DNA of 64,000 nt from a virus (IMGVR_UViG_3300033489_000001:62023-126022), one strand, 5' to 3'; positions 28,513 through 38,136 are shown, counted from the first letter of the stretch. Notes: generated by a model from the letters alone, not told the origin. Numbers and translations are program-made.

Positions 28513-28711
28513 TAGCTGTGAAACGATCCACTACAAAATCCTGTAAATCCACATCAAGATTTGCTGCAATTCCAGGGATACCCCCTGTACGAATTGCTTC
28601 GGTTACCCACTGCTTAACATCTGCGTCCGTGGAATCAAATAGTACAGGATCCGGAAGATCTCCATTGGACCCAGCAAACGTAATATTGATCTTGGCTTCA
28701 TTGGTTTCCAT
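28427..28711 (-). CDS. Ubiquitin-like (beta-grasp) protein, inferred
   Basis: 94 aa, between JAB and E1; RPKTPFG84 followed by a 10-aa tail. Confidence 0.6.
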   Translation of the reverse strand: METNEAKINITFAGSNGDLPDPVLFDSTDADVKQWVTEAIRTGGIPGIAANLDVDLQDFVVDRFTANEARPFNLLQIRPKTPFGIFCESPFAKA

Positions 28712-28766
28712 ACAGCACCTCCATTTTACATTTAATGCCTTGTACTACTACACCGATTAGGTTTCG

Positions 28767-29189
28767 TCAAGAGAAAGTTATTACTGGTTTTTCTGGGTCA
28801 ATAAAAGAAGCAGGATCGTAATTTGATTCTTCACGGAGACGTTTCAGCCAGGATGTTTCAAATATGCAATGGGTGATACCATACCCTAACTTATCAGGGC
28901 CAACCCAAAACAACCTTATATAAGCATCATAACTCACAATCCACCAATTCCACCGCTTGCCCAATGCAGCCTCAATTGCGGAAAAAGTTGTTAGATCTTC
29001 ATGCGAAGGTCCTGGCACCCCACTACCCGGATGACTGTGAGCGAAACCTAAGACTTGTGCCCGATTAGTCCAAATTACATCCCAAAGGTCATAACTATCA
29101 GGAAGCGACCCTGCACTTCTTTTGTTAGGCAAATGCCAAAAAAGGGGCTCCTCATTAAGACCAACCAAAACTCCAGCTTCAGTACTCAT
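28767..29189 (-). CDS. JAB/MPN+ metalloprotease
   Basis: N-terminal Glu plus HSHPGSGVPGPSHED (HxH...SxxD). Confidence 0.85.
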   Translation of the reverse strand: MSTEAGVLVGLNEEPLFWHLPNKRSAGSLPDSYDLWDVIWTNRAQVLGFAHSHPGSGVPGPSHEDLTTFSAIEAALGKRWNWWIVSYDAYIRLFWVGPDKLGYGITHCIFETSWLKRLREESNYDPASFIDPEKPVITFS

Positions 29190-29515
29190 GTTATCTTTAA
29201 AGCCTCTTCCTCTATCAGAGAAAGAATTTTCTTGTCTTCCTCTTCCAGTATAGATTGTGCCCCAGTATCAACTGCCTCCAATTCCCTTAACCTATCTAAC
29301 TTTTTCCAAAGCTTATTTTCATCCTCGTATAATTTTTTGTTCATCTCCGGGCCAAGGTCATCGGTTGACTGTATGGCTCGAATACCATCGCTGATAATTT
29401 GAATTTGAGCCTTGATTTCTTCTTTTGTTGTTGGCTCTCCAAGATTGATAGCTCTTTCGCCATCCTGAATCCGCCGCCTTGTTAGAGCTGAATATTCCAT
29501 TTCTTGTAACCTCAA
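29186..29515 (-). CDS. Hypothetical helical protein
   Basis: Stop overlaps the JAB start; part of the operon. Confidence 0.65.
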   Translation of the reverse strand: MRLQEMEYSALTRRRIQDGERAINLGEPTTKEEIKAQIQIISDGIRAIQSTDDLGPEMNKKLYEDENKLWKKLDRLRELEAVDTGAQSILEEEDKKILSLIEEEALKIT

Positions 29516-29518
29516 AAA

Positions 29519-30481
29519 CTAATCCACGTGGCGGTAAACCACCAATTTATTACTTCTATCAGCTTCGAGAATTACTGAGGGCAAACTCTCCAACGAAAAG
29601 AAACTATCACCTTTGGTACCTTCCTCAAATTCGCCATCATTGTGTGCAGTAAGACAAATTCCGCTGTCAATAATTTGCAGAGTTTTCTTATCACAAGTGC
29701 ATTCGTAACGACGGCCATTCAACCTAAATCTAACGGCCATCTCATTTCTACGAACCGCTGTGCGATGCTCTATGTATTCCGCTCCGCCAACGGCTAAAGC
29801 TGCTTTTGCGGCTGCTCCGAAGTCAACTAGGGCCATTTCCCGACGCCCGGCACCATCACCAAGCTTCTTGGCAACTTCCTTAAGACGGGCTTCACGTTGT
29901 CTTTTCTCTTCTTCTTTACGAAGACGTTCTTCCAACTCCAAACGCCTCCGTTCGACTTCTGCTTTCCGCCAAACTTCCATACGAAAAGCCGCGTCCAAAG
30001 CCGGAGTGACGTTTTTAATTCCAGCTACAGAAGGCTTCCCATCTAAGAAAGCCGATTGAACTTCTTCCTCCGGGCCTAGAGGCATTTCTTGCCGGATATA
30101 AATCAACGGACCATCTTCACAAGTCCGACCCGCCAAGACCAGCACGAAACGATCCAAACCCAATTCGATCAAATGAACTCGTTCCGAATGGGATACGATG
30201 GTTTTCGGGTCCGGGTCTACTCGAGCATCTTTACGAACCAATCTATCTCCAACCAAGTAGCCCATGACTTGGTGGTGCAACTGCTCCGGTTCGGGATCAC
30301 AAATTTTCCTGAACTTGGCCTTGCGGTTAGCTTCTGTATAAAATTCCGCCCAACAGTGCTCCTTTGGGAGAAGCCCTTCAATACGCCAGTAACGCGAACC
30401 CAACCGAAGAACCCGTCCCCCTACCCATGGCAAAGGGACGGACATTGGCGCTTCGGTTTGGAGTAGGTCTTGCCAAGCCAA
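29519..30481 (-). CDS. Uncharacterised protein in the Ro/Ubl operon
   Basis: 320 aa, central charged coiled coil, C-terminal CxC...C..H cluster. Confidence 0.7.
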   Translation of the reverse strand: MAWQDLLQTEAPMSVPLPWVGGRVLRLGSRYWRIEGLLPKEHCWAEFYTEANRKAKFRKICDPEPEQLHHQVMGYLVGDRLVRKDARVDPDPKTIVSHSERVHLIELGLDRFVLVLAGRTCEDGPLIYIRQEMPLGPEEEVQSAFLDGKPSVAGIKNVTPALDAAFRMEVWRKAEVERRRLELEERLRKEEEKRQREARLKEVAKKLGDGAGRREMALVDFGAAAKAALAVGGAEYIEHRTAVRRNEMAVRFRLNGRRYECTCDKKTLQIIDSGICLTAHNDGEFEEGTKGDSFFSLESLPSVILEADRSNKLVVYRHVD

Positions 30482-30487
30482 GCGGCC

Positions 30488-30739
30488 TCACTTTTGTTTG
30501 GTTAAAGCACAAAAAATGGCTGCAATGCCCCCAACAATAACTGCCCCTTTAGCTAGTTTGACCGCAGCACGACCTATACTGCGAAGGTCCTCTGCATTCT
30601 CCCTTTGGATACGATACTCTTCTACTTCTGCTTCGTAGGCTGCACCTGCTTCTGCTAACTTTGCACCACAATCAAGACAAGTGTCTGCATCAGTAGACAT
30701 TTGTTCACCACAAACTGGACAAGGGAAAAGCATGGCCAT
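30488..30739 (-). CDS. Zn-ribbon membrane protein
   Basis: CPVC...CLDC; hydrophobic C-terminal segment. Confidence 0.65.
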   Translation of the reverse strand: MAMLFPCPVCGEQMSTDADTCLDCGAKLAEAGAAYEAEVEEYRIQRENAEDLRSIGRAAVKLAKGAVIVGGIAAIFCALTKQK

Positions 30740-30749
30740 ATGTATACCC

Positions 30750-32666
30750 TCAAGCTGCCCAGGCCGGTTTTGAAAGAAGGGCTGTATCCAAAATTATATC
30801 CACTAAGGACTTTCTAGGAACAGCAGCAGCTCTGGCCGCCTTACCAACGGGTGTGGCGGAAATTAAAGTACGGATAGTCCGAGGAATTGCATAAGCATCT
30901 GCAAAGATCTTCTCATCGATCATGAAGCACGGGACACCTAACTCAGTCGCCGTACCGGTGACTGCCGAGTAAGGAGATTGCCGCACTTTCAAGAAACCAA
31001 AAGCAATCGGCTCTAATTTAGAATCCCGTACAGCAGCCGCAAAAGGTCCAGCTTCCTCATCGCCTACGAAGATGAAAAGGACATCCTCATCAGCCTTAGG
31101 TTTGAAGTTTTGAAGCGCCCGTACCCCAGCACCGTAATCAGTGCCACCTCCAGACGTAATGCCTCGAAAAGCATTTTCAACTCCAGCAGCAGAATTGTGC
31201 TTAATCTCAACCACACGACCAGAAGTATTGAATACCGAAACATGGATCTGATCTTTTGGAAATCCCTGTAAGAACTTGGCCAAATAGACTTTGGCTTGCT
31301 CAATGGCATCATGCATCGAACCTGAGATATCCACCATGAAGTAGATGCGGAGACCTTTGACAACTTCTTCTACGGCCTTTTTAACCGCATTGTCCGCCGC
31401 TTCTACAAGCTTTTCTTGTGTCGCCTTAGAACGAACACGGGTTGCGATATTAGCCGCCCTGGTGTCTTCAGCGGTCTTGATAGCCCTCTCCCACCGCTCA
31501 CGGATTTCTTGAACATCAAGAAGCCCAAGTTCCTCAAGGGTAGGAGTTGAAATGATCAAGTCCTTATCAGAAAGCGCCTTCGCTTCGATAGCTGCCGCCA
31601 TAATCGCTCTTGTCAGTCCCATGTCTTTAGGCAAGAGGCCCACAATGCGCTTAAAGCTTGGCTTGGTCTTGATGATAGTCTTACAGATTTTTGCTTCGTC
31701 AAATCCTTCCCAAGATTCCGCCGCCGCAACAGCCTGACCAATAGTAAGAGTCCTTCTGCCGTCTTTCGCTTGCGTTTGCTTCCAACGAAGAACCTCAAAG
31801 AATTTTGTGGAAGTAGGCTTGTATCCAACCGTACGAGCTAGGTCCATCACTGTCCGTCGAAACCCCGCTTTGACTAAACCTTCTAGCATCTTTGGGTTTT
31901 CTTCCCGATAACGAAGCCACTTTTCAACAACCTTAGGCCAACGACCTAGAAACGGATGTTGAGCTGATTTTCCAAAGCCCAGCTCTTGGTTGATTTGCAC
32001 AACAGCCGGTAGAAGCAGGACATCTCGAACACGGAATAGAAGCTTTGGGTTGAAATCTCTGCCTACTTCTACCTTAGCCTCCTTATCCGCCTTACCCTTT
32101 TTCTTGGTTTTTGTACCTTGAGGGCGAGCCACTTTACTGGTCAATAGCAGCATCGCTTCCCCAACATCACGAAAGTCTTCATCGTAGAAAGCCAGTTTTC
32201 CACCGTCAAGAACAGGATCACCTTTACGGCATTGTACAAGCATGAAAGCCGCTAGGATGACTTTCAAATCCCGGTGCTCTTGTGCATAAGCATAAGAAGC
32301 CCACTTAGCTGAGAACTCATTATCAAGCCTCCAAACCTCAGCAACTTGCCGGTAAATCCACGACACAACCTCTGGGTACAATCCCGCCGGTTGATAACGG
32401 CCAATGACCCGGTTTCCGTCTTTTACACGACCGTCGTCCTTGAGCTTACCAAGCTTGACCTTAGTATCCTTGCGCCCAATTCTACGTAATTCGTAGACGA
32501 CTTTATCGCCTTCTTCTACTACGTGAGTTACTGGCAACCATTTAGTGCCCACAACCGAAGTAGTATCAGGAATCGTAATTCCAGCTCGGTTATGGTAACT
32601 ATGATCGACATAGCCAAGAACCGTCTGGAGAATTCGTTCTGCTGGTCCTAGGTTTTCATTTGGCAT
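30750..32666 (-). CDS. Divergent Ro60/TROVE-like protein with C-terminal vWA domain
   Basis: Helical N-terminal region with DLARTVGYKP (cf. Ro60 DLLRLxHxKP); vWA DISGS, GGGTDY, FVGDEE; co-located with YrlA-like RNAs; probable start MPNEN at 32666. Confidence 0.6.
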   Translation of the reverse strand: MPNENLGPAERILQTVLGYVDHSYHNRAGITIPDTTSVVGTKWLPVTHVVEEGDKVVYELRRIGRKDTKVKLGKLKDDGRVKDGNRVIGRYQPAGLYPEVVSWIYRQVAEVWRLDNEFSAKWASYAYAQEHRDLKVILAAFMLVQCRKGDPVLDGGKLAFYDEDFRDVGEAMLLLTSKVARPQGTKTKKKGKADKEAKVEVGRDFNPKLLFRVRDVLLLPAVVQINQELGFGKSAQHPFLGRWPKVVEKWLRYREENPKMLEGLVKAGFRRTVMDLARTVGYKPTSTKFFEVLRWKQTQAKDGRRTLTIGQAVAAAESWEGFDEAKICKTIIKTKPSFKRIVGLLPKDMGLTRAIMAAAIEAKALSDKDLIISTPTLEELGLLDVQEIRERWERAIKTAEDTRAANIATRVRSKATQEKLVEAADNAVKKAVEEVVKGLRIYFMVDISGSMHDAIEQAKVYLAKFLQGFPKDQIHVSVFNTSGRVVEIKHNSAAGVENAFRGITSGGGTDYGAGVRALQNFKPKADEDVLFIFVGDEEAGPFAAAVRDSKLEPIAFGFLKVRQSPYSAVTGTATELGVPCFMIDEKIFADAYAIPRTIRTLISATPVGKAARAAAVPRKSLVDIILDTALLSKPAWAA

Positions 32667-32814
32667 GGTATTTAATCCGATCTGGCTCGCCCTTGGCACA
32701 AACTTATAAGGCTGGCAAGCTAGCCTTGAAAAAACCCCCATTATTACACCGAATAACGGTCTTGTAAAGTTACTTCCTAGCAGATTACTTGAAAAAAAAA
32801 CAGCTTTTGTGACT

Positions 32815-32997
32815 TTACTTCTTTTTTATGACCTTACCGTAATGGTCGGTGGTGTTTCCGCTCTCCTTATGGTAGGTAGAGTGCCATTCCTTCGTCGTCC
32901 TTCCGGCTGAATCTTTTTCCCAAACCTCTGTCTTTTTCTTATCATGATAAACGGCCTGCTTAGGATGATCTTCACGTTTTCCCATGGCTACCCTCAC
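32815..32997 (-). CDS. Small basic hypothetical protein
   Basis: 60-aa ORF with a CGGTGTA motif upstream. Confidence 0.5.
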   Translation of the reverse strand: MRVAMGKREDHPKQAVYHDKKKTEVWEKDSAGRTTKEWHSTYHKESGNTTDHYGKVIKKK

Positions 32998-33064
32998 ATT
33001 TATAGGTTAATTACGCAACAACAGTATTACACCGAAAAAAACTGATTTGCAAAAAAAAGATTTG

Positions 33065-33094
33065 TTGAAAAGCTCAAGGTATCCCAATTATAAC
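33065..33094 (+). promoter_or_regulatory. Sigma70-like promoter upstream of the omegaRNA
   Basis: TTGAAA-N18-TATAAC. Confidence 0.45.
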
Positions 33095-33127
33095 CCAAGT
33101 GAAAATAGCTATCAGGAAGGTTATGGA

Positions 33128-33310
33128 GTTAATTCAGCGATGAATTATCTAGGATTAGCCGAGATCCAACGCAAGTTGGATCAACTGAATCACCTAGAGC
33201 TGGCAACTCAAAGGTATGTCGAGGGTGCTACCCAAGCCTTCGACCTCTACGGTGGTCAGTGGCGAAGGGTTGTATATACAAGGTCCGTAAGGACAAATTA
33301 GTTAGATTAG
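33128..33310 (+). ncRNA. omegaRNA scaffold of the IsrB element (boundaries approximate)
   Basis: Hairpin-rich region directly 5' of a PLMP gene; GATTAGCC, GGTGCTACCCAAGCC..CTCTACGG and GGCGAAGGG segments resemble IscB/IsrB omegaRNAs. Confidence 0.6.
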
Positions 33311-33317
33311 GTTAGTT

Positions 33318-34325
33318 ATGGTGCCCGTAGTTGATAGAAATCAGATCCCCTTAATGCCGTGCTCCGAAAAGAGAGCTAGGAAAATGGTTGCATCCAAAAA
33401 GGCCACTCCTTTTTGGAAAAGAGGGATTTTTTGTATCCGTCTTAATGTAGAACCGTCAGCTTGTAACTTACAAAAAATAGTTGTTGGAATAGATCCAGGC
33501 TCTAAGAAGGAAGGATTCACTGTAAAATCTAAAGCTCACACTCTTTTAAACATTCAAGCCGATGCTATAACTTGGGTGAAGGATCATGTTGAAACTAGAA
33601 GGATTATGAGAAGAGGGCGGAGGTTTAGAAAGACTCCTTGTAGACAAAATAGAATGAATCGATCTAGGGGAAGTCTGCCTCCTTCAACTAAGTCTAGATG
33701 GCAGTGGAAGTTAAGGATTGTAAACTGGCTTAGGAAGATGTTTCCTGTAGTTAGCTTTGTAGTTGAGGATATAAAGGTAATAACCAAGAAATTTCAAAAG
33801 AAGTGGAACAGAAGTTTTTCTCCTTTAGAAGTTGGAAAAGCTTGGTTCTATGAGAAGTTAAGAGCTTTAGGGGAATTGACGATTAAGCAAGGGTGGGACA
33901 CTAAACTTTTACGAGACAACTTAAGCCTCAAGAAGACCTCTAAGAAAATGTCTGAAGTTTTTAGTGCTCATTGCGTTGATTCTTGGGTTTTAGCAAATGA
34001 GATAATTGGGGGCCATTTAAAGCCTGAGAACACAAGACTTACTTGTGTTATTCCTATTCAACTATTTAGAAGACAGTTGCATAGAATGGTTCCTTCTAAA
34101 GGAGGAAAGAGATCTCTTTATGGTGGGACTAGAAGTCTTGGGTTGAAACGCGGATCTTTAGTAAAGCATCCTAAGCTAGGGCTCACTTATGTTGGTGGAA
34201 GTTCTAATAATCGGTTGAGTCTTCATTCCTTGTTGAATGGATCTAGATTGACTAAGAGTGCGAAGTTAGAAGATTGCAGGTTTTTATCTTATAGTGGGGT
34301 AAGGACTTATAATGTTCTTACTTGA
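33318..34325 (+). CDS. isrB: IsrB (IscB-family RNA-guided nickase lacking HNH)
   Basis: PLMP motif, GIDPGSK (RuvC-I), Arg-rich bridge helix, VVEDI (RuvC-II), HCVDS (RuvC-III); 335 aa, no HNH domain. Confidence 0.85.
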   Translation: MVPVVDRNQIPLMPCSEKRARKMVASKKATPFWKRGIFCIRLNVEPSACNLQKIVVGIDPGSKKEGFTVKSKAHTLLNIQADAITWVKDHVETRRIMRRGRRFRKTPCRQNRMNRSRGSLPPSTKSRWQWKLRIVNWLRKMFPVVSFVVEDIKVITKKFQKKWNRSFSPLEVGKAWFYEKLRALGELTIKQGWDTKLLRDNLSLKKTSKKMSEVFSAHCVDSWVLANEIIGGHLKPENTRLTCVIPIQLFRRQLHRMVPSKGGKRSLYGGTRSLGLKRGSLVKHPKLGLTYVGGSSNNRLSLHSLLNGSRLTKSAKLEDCRFLSYSGVRTYNVLT

Positions 34326-34337
34326 GGAGAGTTCTCG

Positions 34338-35609
34338 ATGGATGCTCAAAAAGTAGCCGCCCGATTTGCAGCGGAACAAACAAAAGCCGAACTTCTCAAA
34401 AACACAATTGAGGAATTTGGCAAAGCTTTGCGTTATCTTAGCCGTTTTTCCTCAGTCCTTTCCGCCGCCTTGCACGAAGACCGTACCACTTTAGAACCGG
34501 ACGAAGTCTGGCAAGACCAGTTCGTACGCTATTGGAAAGATTGGGACCCGATTAGAAAACGCTTAGAGGATCTGGCCTCTGATTTAGGCGACCTAAGCTT
34601 ATATGACTTGGAAGCTCATATCAAAAAAGCCACTGCTGAAACTTCCGGAACCCCTAGCTACAACCCAAACTCTCCTTACCAAATTGGTTACGCCACGAAT
34701 GATGGAACGGGGCACACCACTTTTAGAAAGACGCCTCAAGGCCGCCAGCACATTGCTTACAAAGTTGACCGATTGAAAACTTGGGGCGAAGCCATGGTTC
34801 GATGGGCTAAAGAAGGCCAAACTCTCGCCCAAAAGTTAACTAAAATAAAAACACGCCCTAATAAACGTTTGGCAAATCTGCTAAAAGCTTCTGAGACACA
34901 GTTCCCCCTACAACGTCTGGCTATGGTCCGCATGATAAAGGGTACAAGCATGGTACCTTGGGCCAAACGGGAATTAGAATTGGCTGGCCTTTTCGATGAA
35001 GCCTCCGATTATGATGGAGCATTAGGCTCACAAATTTACGAATTAGTGAAAACTTTCTCAGAACAAGGACATAGCGGGGGATCCGCCGGTATAGTTTCCG
35101 ATGTACTCGATAAGTTGCTCAACTACGAGCCCCTCACCCCACTAGGAAACCCCAGCGAAACCGGGGATTATATAAACGTTCAAATACCCAGCCCCACAGG
35201 CGCACCTACTTACCAAAGCACCAGAGATTTTTCAGTCTTTAGTGACGATTCAGGTAAGACTTGGTACAAGCTTGTAAGTGATCAAGACGAGGTGCTGCGA
35301 AACACATCAATGATTTCTAATCGCGTGCCTCTTGAAGAATATGAAGCTCAAAAGTTTAGAACCGCTCGCGTAAGTTTCAAGTATGAACCAAAAGAAACAA
35401 AACAGTCTAAAGTAAAACGTCTCATGGCCTTTATTACAAAAAGTACGGGCGTGGGGCGTAATGTTTCTGAGGATATTGCGGACGCCATCATTCGTAATCG
35501 GAATCTCTCTGCGTTGGCCGTTCAAAAGGGATGGCCAATGTCCGATGATACAATAGAAGGCCCTTTGGGGAACCTAAGTGTAGACGAAGTTCGCAACGCT
35601 CTAAACTAA
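34338..35609 (+). CDS. Hypothetical multi-module protein
   Basis: 423 aa; N-terminal KVAARF motif; internal FSEQGHSGGSA...PLTPL module. Confidence 0.7.
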   Translation: MDAQKVAARFAAEQTKAELLKNTIEEFGKALRYLSRFSSVLSAALHEDRTTLEPDEVWQDQFVRYWKDWDPIRKRLEDLASDLGDLSLYDLEAHIKKATAETSGTPSYNPNSPYQIGYATNDGTGHTTFRKTPQGRQHIAYKVDRLKTWGEAMVRWAKEGQTLAQKLTKIKTRPNKRLANLLKASETQFPLQRLAMVRMIKGTSMVPWAKRELELAGLFDEASDYDGALGSQIYELVKTFSEQGHSGGSAGIVSDVLDKLLNYEPLTPLGNPSETGDYINVQIPSPTGAPTYQSTRDFSVFSDDSGKTWYKLVSDQDEVLRNTSMISNRVPLEEYEAQKFRTARVSFKYEPKETKQSKVKRLMAFITKSTGVGRNVSEDIADAIIRNRNLSALAVQKGWPMSDDTIEGPLGNLSVDEVRNALN

Positions 35610-35625
35610 AATTACAGAAACTTCT

Positions 35626-36564
35626 TTAGGGATCATTATCAGCCATAACGCTGGATTCACCTTGAAGATCACTAACCCCAGCCAAAGTAACTACTGCATC
35701 GGCCGTAAGATCCGAAGCCCCTACAAGAGTACTAACCCCAGCCAAAGTACCTATAGCATCGGCTGTTAGATCCGAAGCTCCCGAAAGACTCGCTGAAGCT
35801 GGCCGAACGACACCAGCAGGAGCTACTATACTTGAAGCCCCTGAAAGACTAGCCGTCTCAGCATAAGTTACTTTAGCTCCCGCTGTAAAGATAGAAGTCC
35901 CTGCGAGATCAGCACTATCTCCTAGATTCTCCGCTTCCATAGCTCCTACAACAGGCGTAAATACTACGGAATTCCCTACTTGAACTTTCCCTATGACCCC
36001 AGTAAAACTTGAGAGTCCGTGGCCCCCTAACGAAGTTCCCACATACAGCGAAGTAGGTATGAACGAAAGCCAAGCTGGAACGTTCGCTGTCCAAGCAGTG
36101 ATTTGATCATTATACTGAAACGCCGCATGGCCCCCTTCCCATATCACGTTCTTAGAATCCCACGCAAGTTCTAAAACCAAAGGGGTGCCAGCAGGTATAG
36201 CTGGACCTAATACCACCGATTGTCCCACGGTTGTACCAAGAACATCAACCAAAAGGGAGTAAGGCCGGTTGCTCGCGTCTAAAGCCACACCAAGCGAAAG
36301 CGTGGGAGACAATGCAATAAAAGCGATAGCTTGGCTCGCACCAGCAGTTCCCGTAGTGCAGTTAATTAATAGAGTTCCTTGCTGGCCAGAGAGCTGCCCC
36401 GCCAAAAGGTGCTCCCCTTTACCTCGAACTTGAACAACACCTCCGGGTAAAGGACGTGAAACAAAAACGCTCCCGTAGGTGCCTGTACCGTTTACTGGAG
36501 CAACGAAACCTACGTCCATGACATAACCGGCCGGGGATAGAATTGAAAATGATTCTTGGTACAT
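35626..36564 (-). CDS. Probable virion structural protein
   Basis: Beta-rich, G/A/T/S-rich; C-terminal 20-aa repeats. Confidence 0.55.
   Translation of the reverse strand: MYQESFSILSPAGYVMDVGFVAPVNGTGTYGSVFVSRPLPGGVVQVRGKGEHLLAGQLSGQQGTLLINCTTGTAGASQAIAFIALSPTLSLGVALDASNRPYSLLVDVLGTTVGQSVVLGPAIPAGTPLVLELAWDSKNVIWEGGHAAFQYNDQITAWTANVPAWLSFIPTSLYVGTSLGGHGLSSFTGVIGKVQVGNSVVFTPVVGAMEAENLGDSADLAGTSIFTAGAKVTYAETASLSGASSIVAPAGVVRPASASLSGASDLTADAIGTLAGVSTLVGASDLTADAVVTLAGVSDLQGESSVMADNDP
35671..35780. repeat. 60-bp-period tandem coding repeat
   Basis: 35671-35720 closely matches 35731-35780. Confidence 0.85.
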
Positions 36565-36620
36565 ACCTAGCGTTTTTTACAAAAAGGTTTATCTTTTACC
36601 TCTTCAAGAGGATCTGAAAA

Positions 36621-38111
36621 ATGAAAAATAATGCCGCTCAAGTTGTACAACGTTTCTTAGAAGCTAAGGTGCTTATCGCTTCAAACGCCGAAAAAGAAGT
36701 TGAAAGGCTGCTCAAACAAGTGCTGCCAAGAACCCCCTGGGCTGGGAAGGCAATGGCTGTCGGCGGCTACATTAGAGACCAATACATGGGCCTAGAAGCC
36801 AAGGATCTTGACATTGTCGTAACCATCCCTGGCGGCTCCGAACATCTAACTAAACACCTCCACCGAATATTCCCGGAGAGCACTACCAACCCTCATCAAA
36901 TGGGAGCCTACCCCATCTGGCAAATTACCTTCACAGATGACACAGAGTATGATCAGCAAACATTCCACACGAAAGGGGCCATAATTGAGTTTGCTGATAC
37001 CATGAAAGAAAGCTTCCCAGACGACACCTCACGGCAACGTTCCGTGCAGCCGGGCACTCTCGAGGAGGATATAGAAAGACGTGATTTTACCGTTAACATG
37101 CTTCTCAAGGATCTAACTAGTGGAGAAATAGTTGATCTTACAGGCGTTAGTAAATCCGATATTGAAAATGGCATCTTGAGAGGTCACCCTCGGGTATCTC
37201 TTGATAAGATTTTCAAAGAGGATCCCTTACGTATGGCTAGGCTCATACGCTTCCAATGCAAGTATGGTTGGATCATTCCTCTCTCAGTTCTAAAAACCGT
37301 CCGGCGAAATGCGACACGTATCAAGATAGTTTCTGCTGAACGTATCATGGGAGAACTGACAAAGGTAATGAAGCTAGGCAAGTTAGATCAAGCCATAAAA
37401 TTAATGAAAGCAACCGGCCTATTACCTCACATCTTACCCGAAGTTCAGGCCATGATTGGCGTGAAGCAATCCGAACGAGAACACGCCGAAGGAGATGTCT
37501 ACAAGCACACTCTTGAAGTGCTCCGGAATGCACCCTCCACTATTGAAGGGCAACTGGCGGCCCTACTCCACGATGTTGGAAAACCTTCTACGCAAGAATT
37601 AATAGGGGATGCCCTACACTTCTACGGACACGAAGACGTAGGGGCTGAAATAACCGAAGCCATTTTACGCCGTCTAAAGTTTGATGTGACAACCATCAAA
37701 AAAGTTGTGACTGCTGTCCGCAATCACATGCGTCCCCACTTCCTCTCAGAATCTAAAGACAAAGCTATCCGAAAATTTATTCGTGACCTTGGAGACGAAA
37801 TAGAAGTCACGCTGGACTTAGCGGAAGCGGATGAAAAAGGAAGTTTCCCAAACAAACATAACATCCCGGTGCTTAGGGAAAGAGTCAAAAACATCCGAGA
37901 ATCCCCCCTGCCCGTTTCCCGGAAACCGATCCTAAATGGAATTGAATTGATGGGTATCCTTGGAATTACCACACAAGACAAACAAAAGCTGCCCTTGATA
38001 GGCTCAGCTGGCAAGTTCCTATTGGACCTGGCAGATGACTATGCCGAACGGGGACTCGAATTAACCAAAGAAGAAGCCGCCCACGCTGTTAGAGAACGAT
38101 ATAAAGCATAA
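36621..38111 (+). CDS. cca: CCA-adding tRNA nucleotidyltransferase with HD domain
   Basis: VGGYIRD..DLDI, EDIERRDFTVN, DPLRMAR, ERI, LLHDVGKP. Confidence 0.9.
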   Translation: MKNNAAQVVQRFLEAKVLIASNAEKEVERLLKQVLPRTPWAGKAMAVGGYIRDQYMGLEAKDLDIVVTIPGGSEHLTKHLHRIFPESTTNPHQMGAYPIWQITFTDDTEYDQQTFHTKGAIIEFADTMKESFPDDTSRQRSVQPGTLEEDIERRDFTVNMLLKDLTSGEIVDLTGVSKSDIENGILRGHPRVSLDKIFKEDPLRMARLIRFQCKYGWIIPLSVLKTVRRNATRIKIVSAERIMGELTKVMKLGKLDQAIKLMKATGLLPHILPEVQAMIGVKQSEREHAEGDVYKHTLEVLRNAPSTIEGQLAALLHDVGKPSTQELIGDALHFYGHEDVGAEITEAILRRLKFDVTTIKKVVTAVRNHMRPHFLSESKDKAIRKFIRDLGDEIEVTLDLAEADEKGSFPNKHNIPVLRERVKNIRESPLPVSRKPILNGIELMGILGITTQDKQKLPLIGSAGKFLLDLADDYAERGLELTKEEAAHAVRERYKA

Positions 38112-38136
38112 AAAGCTCTTTTAGAATTCCCTAAGC

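Noticed and set aside
33047-33301. 84-aa ORF upstream of isrB
   Set aside because: Overlaps the promoter, guide and omegaRNA scaffold; TTG start; likely spurious.
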